A stretch of DNA of 64,000 bases from Ignavibacteriota bacterium (GTDB lineage Bacteria; Bacteroidota; Ignavibacteria; UBA10030; UBA6906): NCBI GenBank assembly GCA_003157485.1, contig PMJQ01000203.1:35415-99414 (forward strand), in the 5' to 3' direction. A program made the position numbers and the translations under genes. Of the stretch, positions 15,910-24,895 are shown piece by piece. Every line of letters begins with the position of its first letter. Position 1 is the first letter of the stretch. The notes beneath the pieces are model-generated. The model was given only the letters and a program-made list of their open reading frames with translations, was not told the DNA's origin and did not search any database.

Positions 15910-17379
15910 ATGGGAAGACTTGTTGGCCTTGCGCTTGCTCTTGTGGTTGCCCACTTCGCGGCCGCTCAGATGCTCTATAACCCGAACGATGAGAGGTTCA
16001 AATCCCTGTACCTGGAGAAAACGCAGAGCGACTACAGGATGCAGAAACAGGACTTCCAGCGGCAGAAGCTCCTGCATGACAAGGGGTTGATCTCGGAACG
16101 GGATTACAGCCAGTCGGAAGCGTCATTCAAGGCGGCGCAGATCACGTACCAGCAGGCCATACTCTCCCTGGCGTTCGAGCAGCCGCACATCACTATCGAC
16201 AACGGCGTAAAATACCAGGGAAAAGACGGGAAGAAGCGGGTCCGGCTTACCCTGCGGAACACAACGGGGGGACTCATCGAGGGGAAGAAGATCGAGCTCG
16301 AGGATTTCGAGGGGATAAAGACGGACCGGATAGCGAACGTATACGTATCGCTCCTGAACGACACGAAAGCGATCGTCAGCAAGCCGTATGAGGCGAAGAT
16401 CGAAACGATGCCGTTTAACAGGCCCGTTGCGCTGGATTTCTTTCTCCTCCAGGACCTGGACAACGTGACGGTGAAATGCGTGTACGGCGATAAGACCGAC
16501 GAAAAGAAGATATTCCTCCAGAAGGACGAATCCGCGAACCGGGTGCTGATAAGTTCCGACCAGTTCTCCCAGGAAGCCGACCTCGGCGCAAGGGCGAACT
16601 ACAACCTCACGCTCGAGCTCTTTTCGAGCTCCGACAACGTCTACAAGCTGGACGTGTTTAACCTCCCCCGGCAGATTGCCTGCGACTTTCTGGAGGACCC
16701 GACAAACGCCCGGCTTTCCCAGGTCAAGTTCTCCCAGGACGTCAATTCACGGAAGATCGCGCTTGCGATCTACCTCCCCGACAGGTACGACAGCGCGTCG
16801 TTCATGATCGACGCGCCCATCGCATTTTACGCTGCGGCGATTCCGCGCGCCCAGGCGGAGAACGTGGCCGACAAGGAGAAGAAGTACACCGTGGCCGAGC
16901 TGGACCGGTTGAACATAAGCTACATCCGGCTCGAGCTCGTTCCGCGCGGCGTGGGGAGAATAGAGGTGAGGGCGGCGAATTTCTACCAGGAGCTGAAGCC
17001 CGGCGAGCGTGTGCAGATGAATCTGACGGTCTATAACGACGGCACAAGGCGGCTCGACAACATCAAGGTCCAGGCGGAATCGCCCCTCAACTGGACCTCA
17101 ACGATTCTCCCTGACCTCGTCCCGTCGCTTCTTCCCGGCAAGGAGGAGACCGTCTCAGTCACGATAATTCCGCCCGGTGACGTGAGCGTGGGGGATTACG
17201 AGACGACGATAAAAACTGAAGCGTTTGCGAGCAGCAGGAAAGTCGACTCGGAGGATAAGAAAATCCGGATCCACATTTACTCGAGCGCAAACGTATTCGG
17301 GACCGTGGCCCTGATCCTGCTTCTCGTGGGGATACTCGTGGGGGTCGTCGTCTTCGGCGTCCGGCTCAGCCGGAGATGA
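15910..17379 (+). CDS. membrane-anchored accessory protein: MFP/HlyD-like coiled-coil N-terminus plus NEW3/CARDB-like beta domain plus C-terminal TM
   Basis: Signal or anchor LVGLALALVVAHFAAAQ, coiled coil LISERDYSQSEASFKAAQITYQQAIL, NEW3-like VQMNLTVYNDGTRRLDNIKVQAESPLNWT...VSVGDYETTIK, C-terminal TM VALILLLVGILVGVVVFGV. Confidence 0.65.
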   Translation: MGRLVGLALALVVAHFAAAQMLYNPNDERFKSLYLEKTQSDYRMQKQDFQRQKLLHDKGLISERDYSQSEASFKAAQITYQQAILSLAFEQPHITIDNGVKYQGKDGKKRVRLTLRNTTGGLIEGKKIELEDFEGIKTDRIANVYVSLLNDTKAIVSKPYEAKIETMPFNRPVALDFFLLQDLDNVTVKCVYGDKTDEKKIFLQKDESANRVLISSDQFSQEADLGARANYNLTLELFSSSDNVYKLDVFNLPRQIACDFLEDPTNARLSQVKFSQDVNSRKIALAIYLPDRYDSASFMIDAPIAFYAAAIPRAQAENVADKEKKYTVAELDRLNISYIRLELVPRGVGRIEVRAANFYQELKPGERVQMNLTVYNDGTRRLDNIKVQAESPLNWTSTILPDLVPSLLPGKEETVSVTIIPPGDVSVGDYETTIKTEAFASSRKVDSEDKKIRIHIYSSANVFGTVALILLLVGILVGVVVFGVRLSRR

Positions 17380-17481
17380 AGAATTTCATGTTGTGCATCT
17401 AATCAGTTCATTGTTAGTAATCGAGGGCTTCCTGCCGGCTTCGGAATACCCTGTGGTTCGATCTCCCGCTCCGCGGGATGT

Positions 17482-20448
17482 CTACCATTCCGCTCTCAGC
17501 CACACGAATCCCATCGCCGGCACTGTCACCCGGCTTCCTACTTCGGTCTTCCCGCGCTCTTCGCCCATGTCACATATGGTGACGGACATCGGCTGCCTGG
17601 CAGGCCACAACAGAGTCGCGGTTTCGCTCTTCTCTGAAAGGGAGCGCAGGTGAACAATGAGCGCCTTTCCGTCTTCCGTCGACTTGAGCATTGTGACTGC
17701 GACGTGGCCGCTCGCGAGGGCAATAAGCGGCTCCGGGATGGGATTCCGGTCGGCCGCAAACGCAATGAGCGGCTGAGATTGCTCCATGCCGAATCTGCCT
17801 GCCGCTCCGGAATCATACCTTCCGTGCAGCAGGATCCTGTAACGGAATTCGACCGGTCCATCCTGCGTAAGGGGCGTATTTGTGAACCAGTGGTTGTTCA
17901 TCACCCAGGAATAGATCGTGGAGCTTGGTGTGAGTGTGGCGGGCCACACGTCCCCTTTCCCGTCCCAGCCCGCCGTATTGTTCGCGCTGATGCTCCCGTA
18001 CTCGAAAAGGGGAGCGTCGAGTGAACACCATGTCACCCCCATCGTATCGTTGGAGATGTCCACAAAATGCTGTGCCGTTATCCACGCGCGGTTTGCGGCG
18101 TCCCATTGATCGACATCGGGTTGAATTATCCCCCACGGGATATCGACATGTGTCTTCCCATCCGGAATGGCGAATCCAAATCCGAAGTGAACGCCGTCCT
18201 TTGCCGGCAGGGGGAGCTTGTCGACGACATCGGTGATCTCGACCTGCGGCTGGCCGCACATCAATCTGACCGATCGGGTAACCGAGCGGCATCCCGGGGC
18301 TTTGGATGTCACCTGTATCTCTCCCGCGATCGGCCCGGATTCCTTCAGCACGATTGATGTGACTGTGTCGGGTCTGGCTTCACCCGTGCCCCTGGCTGGC
18401 TGCCATCGGAATGCATTGAGTCCGCCGTTGACGCTTGTGTCGGCAAAATCCCTCCAGGATGCGTCATTCACAAGCCGGACGATATTGCCCGTCCTCCGGT
18501 CCAGCGAAATCTGAACGACCCCGTTATCCAGCAGTGTATCGGTACACGCGCAGTGCCCGCCGATCGTACGCGTGCCGGGCACAACCCTGAAATGCCGCGA
18601 GCCAAATGCGGGCACAATCGGAGACATAAAGATCAATTCTCCTGTCGAGAGCCTCTGGGAGAGCATCTCGTTCCCCTCGTCATCGACAACGCGATCGCCT
18701 GTCTGGCTTTCCTGTGGCATCAGCGTTACGACTCCACCCTGTGGCCAGTGATTCGTGTTGAGCACCGCCACTCCCCCGCGTGACGGGCCCTCGGCGGGTC
18801 CCAGCGCGCCGTTGGACTTGTCTGTTGCGGGGGCGAGCGCGTCGTCAAGTAGCGCCTGACTCCGGTCATCGGCCTCCTGGAAATAACGCTGCTTGGCCTT
18901 CCATATGGCGTTCTGGAAGTAGGGCTCGCCGGGGTTTTCGGCGGCGAATGTGTGCTCCGTGCACATCACGATATTGCGCCAGGCCTCGTCGAAATCTGCC
19001 CGCGGCGCCGGCTCTCCCGGGTGAAGCATGGACCATGCGGTTTCCGCCTGCACGAGCCGCTCCCGTGAGTTCAGGCACACGCGGGTTTGCCTGGCGAACG
19101 TGCCGAAGCTGTCCGTCCAGTAATCGCTGAAGTCCCCTTTCACCAGGGGGAGCATGTCGCCGTACCGCTTTTCGAACGTCTCCATGATTGTGTGCGCGCT
19201 GGAGATCACGAGATGCGGGTAGGCGTACTCGTCGTTCCATGATCTCACCGCCTCCGGCAGATCTGCATCCAGAAGCGCGTTGTCCCACATCGCCCATGTG
19301 ACAACGAAAATATCATAAGGATAGTGTGAGTTCTCCAGCTCAGGCAGCTCGCGGAACAGATGGTGGTCCAGGAAATCAGCCCGCGGGTTGCCGGTCCTGA
19401 TGACTTCAGGGATCTTTGAACGGTCCCTCTGGCCAAACCACGGGCGGCCGGTTTTTCCACCTTTCTCCATCCCCGCGCCATACGTGCCGGCATTCAGGAA
19501 GAGGACCTTTGATTTGCCGTCCTGTCCCGTCCACCAGAACGGCCTGTAGCGAAACCGGGAAACCATGCTGTCGTTTCCGCGCCCGCCGTTCGGCATCATC
19601 ATGACATAGCGGATTCCTTCGTGTGCCATCACCTGCACGAGTCCCCACGCCATTCCCGGCACGTCCACCTGCACGTACGTATCGATCGGTTTACCGGTAA
19701 GCCTGGCTGCTTCTCTTCCCGCTCTCAGGCTTTGAATCATCTCCTCGTCGCTCATGGCGGTCGTGAGTTCGTTCACGTATGCCGCGTCGAGGCACAGCTC
19801 GCCCCTTTGGACCGCTTCGATGAGCCGCTTTTTCTGATCGGGTGCTGCAGAAGCGTAGTACCGCTCGAACGGCCACATCACCTCTGTGTTCCAGAGGTAC
19901 CGGGACCCTTCCGGGTAATTCCGCGTGGCTTCCGCCAGTTTGATCCCCTGATCGATATTCCGTTTGTGTATGAATTCGACGTTCGCCTGCGTGTTGGAGT
20001 AGCCGATGTCCACGTGGGAGTGGGGATAGACGTACACTGTCCAGTGGCGCATGGGAGGGACCTGTATCGTCTGCGCGAGTGAGTCCCTTTCCTGTCGCAG
20101 CGTCAGTCTTACAGTTGACGCTTCTTTGACGCCTGCGTCCGGCGGGAGGAGAATCGACGCGGAATCCAATCCGGAGGCGGCCGCTGTGAAATGTATTGTT
20201 TCGGAACCTCTGTCGGTGAGGATTTCAATACTGGCCGCGCCGCGTAGCTGTGAGTGCATAAACCTCAACAGGACAACCCTTCCGGGCTTTCCGTCCGCAC
20301 GGTATTTGTAATAAGGTTTTACGGCGCACACAATGCTGTCCGGGAACGTTCGGGGCTGTGGACTTCCGGGCCGGGATGATGCCGGTGCGGTACAGAAGAT
20401 GCAGAGTCCGATCGCGGCAATCAGCCGCCGGTGAGATTGTTGTTTCAT
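17482..20448 (-). CDS. glycoside hydrolase family 38-like (alpha-mannosidase-type), secreted
   Basis: GH38 N-terminal metal motif YVYPHSHVDIGY, about 990 aa. The ATG at 20448 (MKQQSHRRLIAAIGLCIF...) follows GAGGGAA. Confidence 0.6.
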   Translation of the reverse strand: MKQQSHRRLIAAIGLCIFCTAPASSRPGSPQPRTFPDSIVCAVKPYYKYRADGKPGRVVLLRFMHSQLRGAASIEILTDRGSETIHFTAAASGLDSASILLPPDAGVKEASTVRLTLRQERDSLAQTIQVPPMRHWTVYVYPHSHVDIGYSNTQANVEFIHKRNIDQGIKLAEATRNYPEGSRYLWNTEVMWPFERYYASAAPDQKKRLIEAVQRGELCLDAAYVNELTTAMSDEEMIQSLRAGREAARLTGKPIDTYVQVDVPGMAWGLVQVMAHEGIRYVMMMPNGGRGNDSMVSRFRYRPFWWTGQDGKSKVLFLNAGTYGAGMEKGGKTGRPWFGQRDRSKIPEVIRTGNPRADFLDHHLFRELPELENSHYPYDIFVVTWAMWDNALLDADLPEAVRSWNDEYAYPHLVISSAHTIMETFEKRYGDMLPLVKGDFSDYWTDSFGTFARQTRVCLNSRERLVQAETAWSMLHPGEPAPRADFDEAWRNIVMCTEHTFAAENPGEPYFQNAIWKAKQRYFQEADDRSQALLDDALAPATDKSNGALGPAEGPSRGGVAVLNTNHWPQGGVVTLMPQESQTGDRVVDDEGNEMLSQRLSTGELIFMSPIVPAFGSRHFRVVPGTRTIGGHCACTDTLLDNGVVQISLDRRTGNIVRLVNDASWRDFADTSVNGGLNAFRWQPARGTGEARPDTVTSIVLKESGPIAGEIQVTSKAPGCRSVTRSVRLMCGQPQVEITDVVDKLPLPAKDGVHFGFGFAIPDGKTHVDIPWGIIQPDVDQWDAANRAWITAQHFVDISNDTMGVTWCSLDAPLFEYGSISANNTAGWDGKGDVWPATLTPSSTIYSWVMNNHWFTNTPLTQDGPVEFRYRILLHGRYDSGAAGRFGMEQSQPLIAFAADRNPIPEPLIALASGHVAVTMLKSTEDGKALIVHLRSLSEKSETATLLWPARQPMSVTICDMGEERGKTEVGSRVTVPAMGFVWLRAEW

Positions 20449-20563
20449 TTGAGTTCCCTCGATGCGAGTGCCATCGCATTGCACCCCATCATACTGCCCG
20501 GCAGTCTCGGACGTCTCATCGTTCTTCTCTCTCCCTTCATTGGATGCCGGAAGTCATTGAGTC

Positions 20564-23500
20564 CTATTTCAACAGAACGAGCTTCTTCGACGCGTGATAG
20601 TCTCCCGCGGTGATTGTATAGAAATATGCCCCGCTGGCCAGTCCCGAGGCGTTGAACGGCGCTTCATGGTACCCCGCATCTTCCTGCTCACTGACAAGCG
20701 TCGCCACTCGCTGGCCAAGCGTCGTGAAAACCTCCAGCGTGACGAATGCCTTCTGGGGGAGACCGTACTTTATCGTCGTAGAAGGATTGAATGGATTGGG
20801 ATAGCTCTGACTCAGCGAAAACTCGGTGGGGAATCCCTCCCCGGCGAGGCCGGAGGCGACGTCGACGGCAATGCCGTCGGAATACAGGAATGTCCCGTCG
20901 AGATTGAGCTGCTTGAGCCGGTAATAGACAGTTCCGGATCCCGGTGCCGCGTCGGTGTAACTGTAACGCTGCGACACCGTCGTTGTGCCGTGAGCGCCCA
21001 CGAAGCTTCCCTGGATCGACTGATATCCTCCGGCCTGCACTGCTGACTTCTGGATCTCGAAGCCGTATGCGTTTGTCTCGCTGAGTGTCGACCACTGAAT
21101 CAGCACGCCCCGTCCGCTGACATCCGTCCCCGTGAGCGAGGCAAGCTGTATCGGCAGCGGGGGCCCGGAGTTCTCCCACAAACCTCGTCCGTGCGTCGCG
21201 ATCCGCAGAACTCGCGTGCTCTGCTGAAATGCCATGTCAAAGACCGCCACGATGGGAAGACCCGATCCGAAAACATTCCAGGTCGCTCCTCCGTCCGTCG
21301 AGTTATACACCCCGATATCGGTTCCTGCATAGAGATTGCTTGAATTCGCAGGATCAACGACGAATGCGTTCACGGGGACATCGGGGAGGCCGCTGTTGAT
21401 CGATGCGATCAAAGGCGTTGTGCCGAGGTTCGTGACTTTCCAGACGTGTGATTGGGAAGTCGACGTCCCTCCCATGTACCCGCCGAGTGCGACGTATGCC
21501 GTGTTCTTGTTCTCCGGATCAAACGCGACGCGGCCGATGTATTTGTCCGGAATCACGCCCCCGCTCCCCGTGGGGTCCAGTGCCGTCATCGTTGAGGATC
21601 CGGATGTCGTGTAGAAGAGAGCCCCGTTCTCCAGTCCGACTACCCTGAAGTTGTCGTCCTGCGGCGACACGGCAATTGACGAGATGGGGATGTTCGTGGC
21701 AAGGGGCGCCTGGCTGACAACGGTTGTGTTTGTCCCTTTGTTCGTTGATCGGTACAGACGGTCCGTCCCGAAATACAACGTATTCGGGTTTCCCGGTCCG
21801 AGCGCCATGGGCGCGTAAAAGAGGACCGCGTCGGTGCAACCGATCCCGTTTGAGGCTCCGCCGCATCCGAGCACTGTCCAGAGCCCGTCTGAGGCCGAAG
21901 AAACGCTCGTGACCCGTGCGAATCCGACCAGACTCCCCGTCGCGTTGAAATAGGTATGGTACATCGTGACGTTGACAAGGTCAGTCCCCGCGTTCTGGTC
22001 GATCGCCGTGTACCCGCCGTCGCCGAAATCGATGCGGTTCCATGTTCCCAGGGGCGTGTACATGTTCGTCCCGTTGTCCTGCGTCCCGCCAATCGAGAAG
22101 TTGGGATCTGTCGGGTGAAGCGCGATGCTCTGGAACTGCGTGGCGTTGAACCCGGCAACGTTCTGGCTTGTCCAGGAATGTCCGCCGTCGGTCGATTTGA
22201 ATATGCCGCCGTCATTGCCGTGGTAGACGATCTGAGAGTTTGAGGGAGCCAGCATTATCGCGTGCGTGTCTGCATGAAGTCCGGAATCGAAATTCGTAAA
22301 TGAGTTTCCGCCGTTGACGGAAATCGCGTGCAACCTCGAGCAGGTCGAGGAGCTTGTCTGTCCGCCGATGTGAATCGTGTCGTTTGCAGTCGATGTTCCG
22401 GGAACGACCGCGATGGCGGTATTGTAAAAGCACTGCCCGCCGCAGAACCCGCCGCCTCCGGCGAGCTTGCCCGACCATGTGACCCCTGCGTCAGTCGAGA
22501 CTCTCAGTGCGCCCTCCTGTGTCGCATCGGAGCACCCGGTGCCTGATGATGCCTCGCCGGTCGCGGCATAGACGACTGTTGCCGCGCCCCGCGTGTAGAT
22601 TCCGAACGCGACACGTACTCCGGTCGTCGTTGTCCCGAGGACCTGGGTCTGCGTGAATGTCGGAGTCGCGGCGAGTGCATTGGTGGTGCGGTAGATTCCC
22701 CCGTCGACGCCCGTGCTCAGCCCGAATACGGCACAGACGATCGTGTCGGGATTTCCCGGTCCGAACACCATGTCGGTGACGTTCCTGTTCCCCGTATTGT
22801 CCGTCTCGCTTCCCGCGGTCGTGACCGTGAGCTTCGAGAACGTCACCGATGATGCGGCCGACGTTCCGTTTGTCGAGCGCCAGATCCCTCTCGGTCCCAG
22901 CGGCGGAAACGTTCCGCCCCCCGCGGCGTCGCAGCCCAGACCGATGGCGCCGGAGCCTGTGGCGACGAATATCGTAGCAGGGTCCACCGGGTGGACGAGG
23001 ATCTTGCTGATCGTTCGTCCGCCGAACGGGGTCGTTCCCGGGACGCCGCTGTACGGGGGGTTTATGGGTCCGACGAGGTTGGGCGAGGTGTCTGCGTTAT
23101 CGATGCGGTAGAGTCCCACTCCAGCGTAGCTGTCGCACGAAAAGTTCGCCTCCCCCGTCCCGATGTACAGGATTGTCGGGTTCGACGGGGCGAGAGCCAG
23201 TGCGCCGATCGCGAGAGATTGCGCCCCGTCGAATATCGGCGTCCAGTGGGCTCCCCCGTCTACTGTCCGGTACACTCCCCCCTGGGCTGTTCCGACGTAA
23301 ACGATATTTGGATTGGTGGGATGGATCGCAACGGCGGTCACTCTCCCGCTCACCGACAGCACGGATGTTTGCGTCTGTCCGTTCGGTATCGGGGCCGGCC
23401 CGAGCGGCGTCCACGCCGTGCTCGTCACCTTGGCGAGCGAACGGGCCGCGCTCCGTTGCATCTCGGTTATCGCTCTTACCCGGGGGTCGTACGGAAGATC

Positions 23501-23695
23501 ATGGGGGAGTCCGCGGAGCCTGGCGACATACTCATCGCGCATTCTCATGAAATCCTGCTTGTTTGTCCGCCCGGTGATGAATTTTGGCAGATCGGGATCA
23601 TCCGACTGTGCGCGAAGCCCTGGAGACAACCCCGGGAGAATCAACAGCGCAAGCGCCAGCAGCTGAATTCCAATCCGGACATGAAATTTCCGCAT
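20564..23695 (-). CDS. large BNR/Asp-box repeat (sortilin/Ycf48/GH74-like beta-propeller) protein with T9SS CTD
   Basis: Repeated SxDxGxTW boxes (TVDGGAHWT, STDAGVTWS, STDGGHSWT, STDGGATWN), signal peptide MRKFHVRIGIQLLALALLILPG after AGGAGG, C-terminal YPNPFNPSTTIKYGLP...KKLVLLK. Confidence 0.8.
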   Translation of the reverse strand: MRKFHVRIGIQLLALALLILPGLSPGLRAQSDDPDLPKFITGRTNKQDFMRMRDEYVARLRGLPHDLPYDPRVRAITEMQRSAARSLAKVTSTAWTPLGPAPIPNGQTQTSVLSVSGRVTAVAIHPTNPNIVYVGTAQGGVYRTVDGGAHWTPIFDGAQSLAIGALALAPSNPTILYIGTGEANFSCDSYAGVGLYRIDNADTSPNLVGPINPPYSGVPGTTPFGGRTISKILVHPVDPATIFVATGSGAIGLGCDAAGGGTFPPLGPRGIWRSTNGTSAASSVTFSKLTVTTAGSETDNTGNRNVTDMVFGPGNPDTIVCAVFGLSTGVDGGIYRTTNALAATPTFTQTQVLGTTTTGVRVAFGIYTRGAATVVYAATGEASSGTGCSDATQEGALRVSTDAGVTWSGKLAGGGGFCGGQCFYNTAIAVVPGTSTANDTIHIGGQTSSSTCSRLHAISVNGGNSFTNFDSGLHADTHAIMLAPSNSQIVYHGNDGGIFKSTDGGHSWTSQNVAGFNATQFQSIALHPTDPNFSIGGTQDNGTNMYTPLGTWNRIDFGDGGYTAIDQNAGTDLVNVTMYHTYFNATGSLVGFARVTSVSSASDGLWTVLGCGGASNGIGCTDAVLFYAPMALGPGNPNTLYFGTDRLYRSTNKGTNTTVVSQAPLATNIPISSIAVSPQDDNFRVVGLENGALFYTTSGSSTMTALDPTGSGGVIPDKYIGRVAFDPENKNTAYVALGGYMGGTSTSQSHVWKVTNLGTTPLIASINSGLPDVPVNAFVVDPANSSNLYAGTDIGVYNSTDGGATWNVFGSGLPIVAVFDMAFQQSTRVLRIATHGRGLWENSGPPLPIQLASLTGTDVSGRGVLIQWSTLSETNAYGFEIQKSAVQAGGYQSIQGSFVGAHGTTTVSQRYSYTDAAPGSGTVYYRLKQLNLDGTFLYSDGIAVDVASGLAGEGFPTEFSLSQSYPNPFNPSTTIKYGLPQKAFVTLEVFTTLGQRVATLVSEQEDAGYHEAPFNASGLASGAYFYTITAGDYHASKKLVLLK

Positions 23696-23937
23696 CTCGT
23701 TCCTCCTGATTCCTGTATGGATGTGAATTCCTCCGAGTTTCAGTGTGCGCACCTGTGAGTTGGTTCGACAGGGGGTGGTACCGCATGCTCGGACGGCGTT
23801 TGGTGCCAAAGAAAGAAGGGGACGATCGGGCATAGTGACGGAGCAATCGGGGGAGGTAGTGGGTTGAAACCGCCGGTCTGGAATGTCATGGAATCACTCC
23901 GGCATCGTGAGGATACAAAAAAACAACGGAACGGAAA

Positions 23938-23966
23938 AATATAGCCTCCCGGCCGCATATTGTCAA
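23938..23966 (-). promoter_or_regulatory. sigma70-type promoter for the BNR/T9SS gene
   Basis: The minus strand reads TTGACA-N17-TATATT. This implies a leader of about 235 nt. Confidence 0.55.
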
Positions 23967-24409
23967 CGGGCCGGAAGCCTCCGAAGTTCCGTGTGGATAT
24001 CCCGGCGCGGGGCAGAGGGCGTGGGATCAGGCTGCGGATATTCGCCGGGAACGTCCGGGAGTATCTCACCGCTTCCTGCAACGTACACAGGGGCCGCCGT
24101 TGTGCCGCATCTTGATGATATGCCCGGAAATCGCTACTATCATATTGTTGCGTGCCTGGTCCCCGGTCTTTGATAGAAGCCTCCTCGTCATCCGGCGATG
24201 GAGGCTTTGTCATTAGGAAAACGGTTTTTTCAGTTCATCCTGTGGCCGCGCGTAAAGAAGTACATCTGATAGGTGAATTGCTCTCTGTTGATGATCTTTC
24301 TCTGGTAATCTGTTGTGCATTGTTCATCTGCTTTACCCACTCCGGCGCCGGTGTCCGGTTCGGACGCCCGACGGCCGGCATATCCTGACACATCACACGA
24401 GGTCGAACG

Positions 24410-24820
24410 ATGAAATCACTACGCTGTTTGCTTGTCGTCCTGATGGCGATGGCGCTCATGGGAGGGGATGCAATTGCGCAGGAGAAGCGTCAGATAAAAC
24501 CGAAGATGGGACATGTGACAAAGGTTGTGACTGTCGTGAATCCGAAGTCATGGAACGGCCGCGCGCCCGCGCACCTGAGGTTCACGGGGACCATTTTTGT
24601 TGCCAATCCCCCGGTTGACGTGGAATACACGTGGATCAGGAGCGACGGCGCGCAGGGTGGTGTGCAGCATGCGACGATCCGGAGCGCGGGACAGGGATTT
24701 GATGATACGTGGGACGTCGGGGCCGCAAAGCAGAAGATGAGAGTATGGGAACGGCTCCAGGTGATCTCGCCGAACAAGGCGTCTTCCAATCCGGCGATAG
24801 CGACTGTCAACTGCAAGTGA
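24410..24820 (+). CDS. small secreted hypothetical protein
   Basis: Signal peptide MKSLRCLLVVLMAMALMGGDAIAQ. No recognisable domain. Confidence 0.6.
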   Translation: MKSLRCLLVVLMAMALMGGDAIAQEKRQIKPKMGHVTKVVTVVNPKSWNGRAPAHLRFTGTIFVANPPVDVEYTWIRSDGAQGGVQHATIRSAGQGFDDTWDVGAAKQKMRVWERLQVISPNKASSNPAIATVNCK

Positions 24821-24845
24821 TGTGAGAATTGTACGTATGGATCAT

Positions 24846-24887
24846 GTGAACGCGTGAATGTGCTGTACCATGCATTCACGCGTTCAC
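24846..24887. terminator. perfect 15-bp inverted repeat between convergent genes (bidirectional terminator candidate)
   Basis: GTGAACGCGTGAATG-12 nt-CATTCACGCGTTCAC. No U tract on either side. Confidence 0.5.
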
Positions 24888-24895
24888 TGCAGCCC

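Noticed and set aside
23960-23985. GGGCCGGAAGCC (also GGCCGGAAGGCT at about 51186), reminiscent of the SRP RNA domain IV motif and of the A-element loop
   Set aside because: Only about 9-12 nt match, with no surrounding SRP-like helices and no further A-element similarity. This is compatible with chance in GC-rich DNA.
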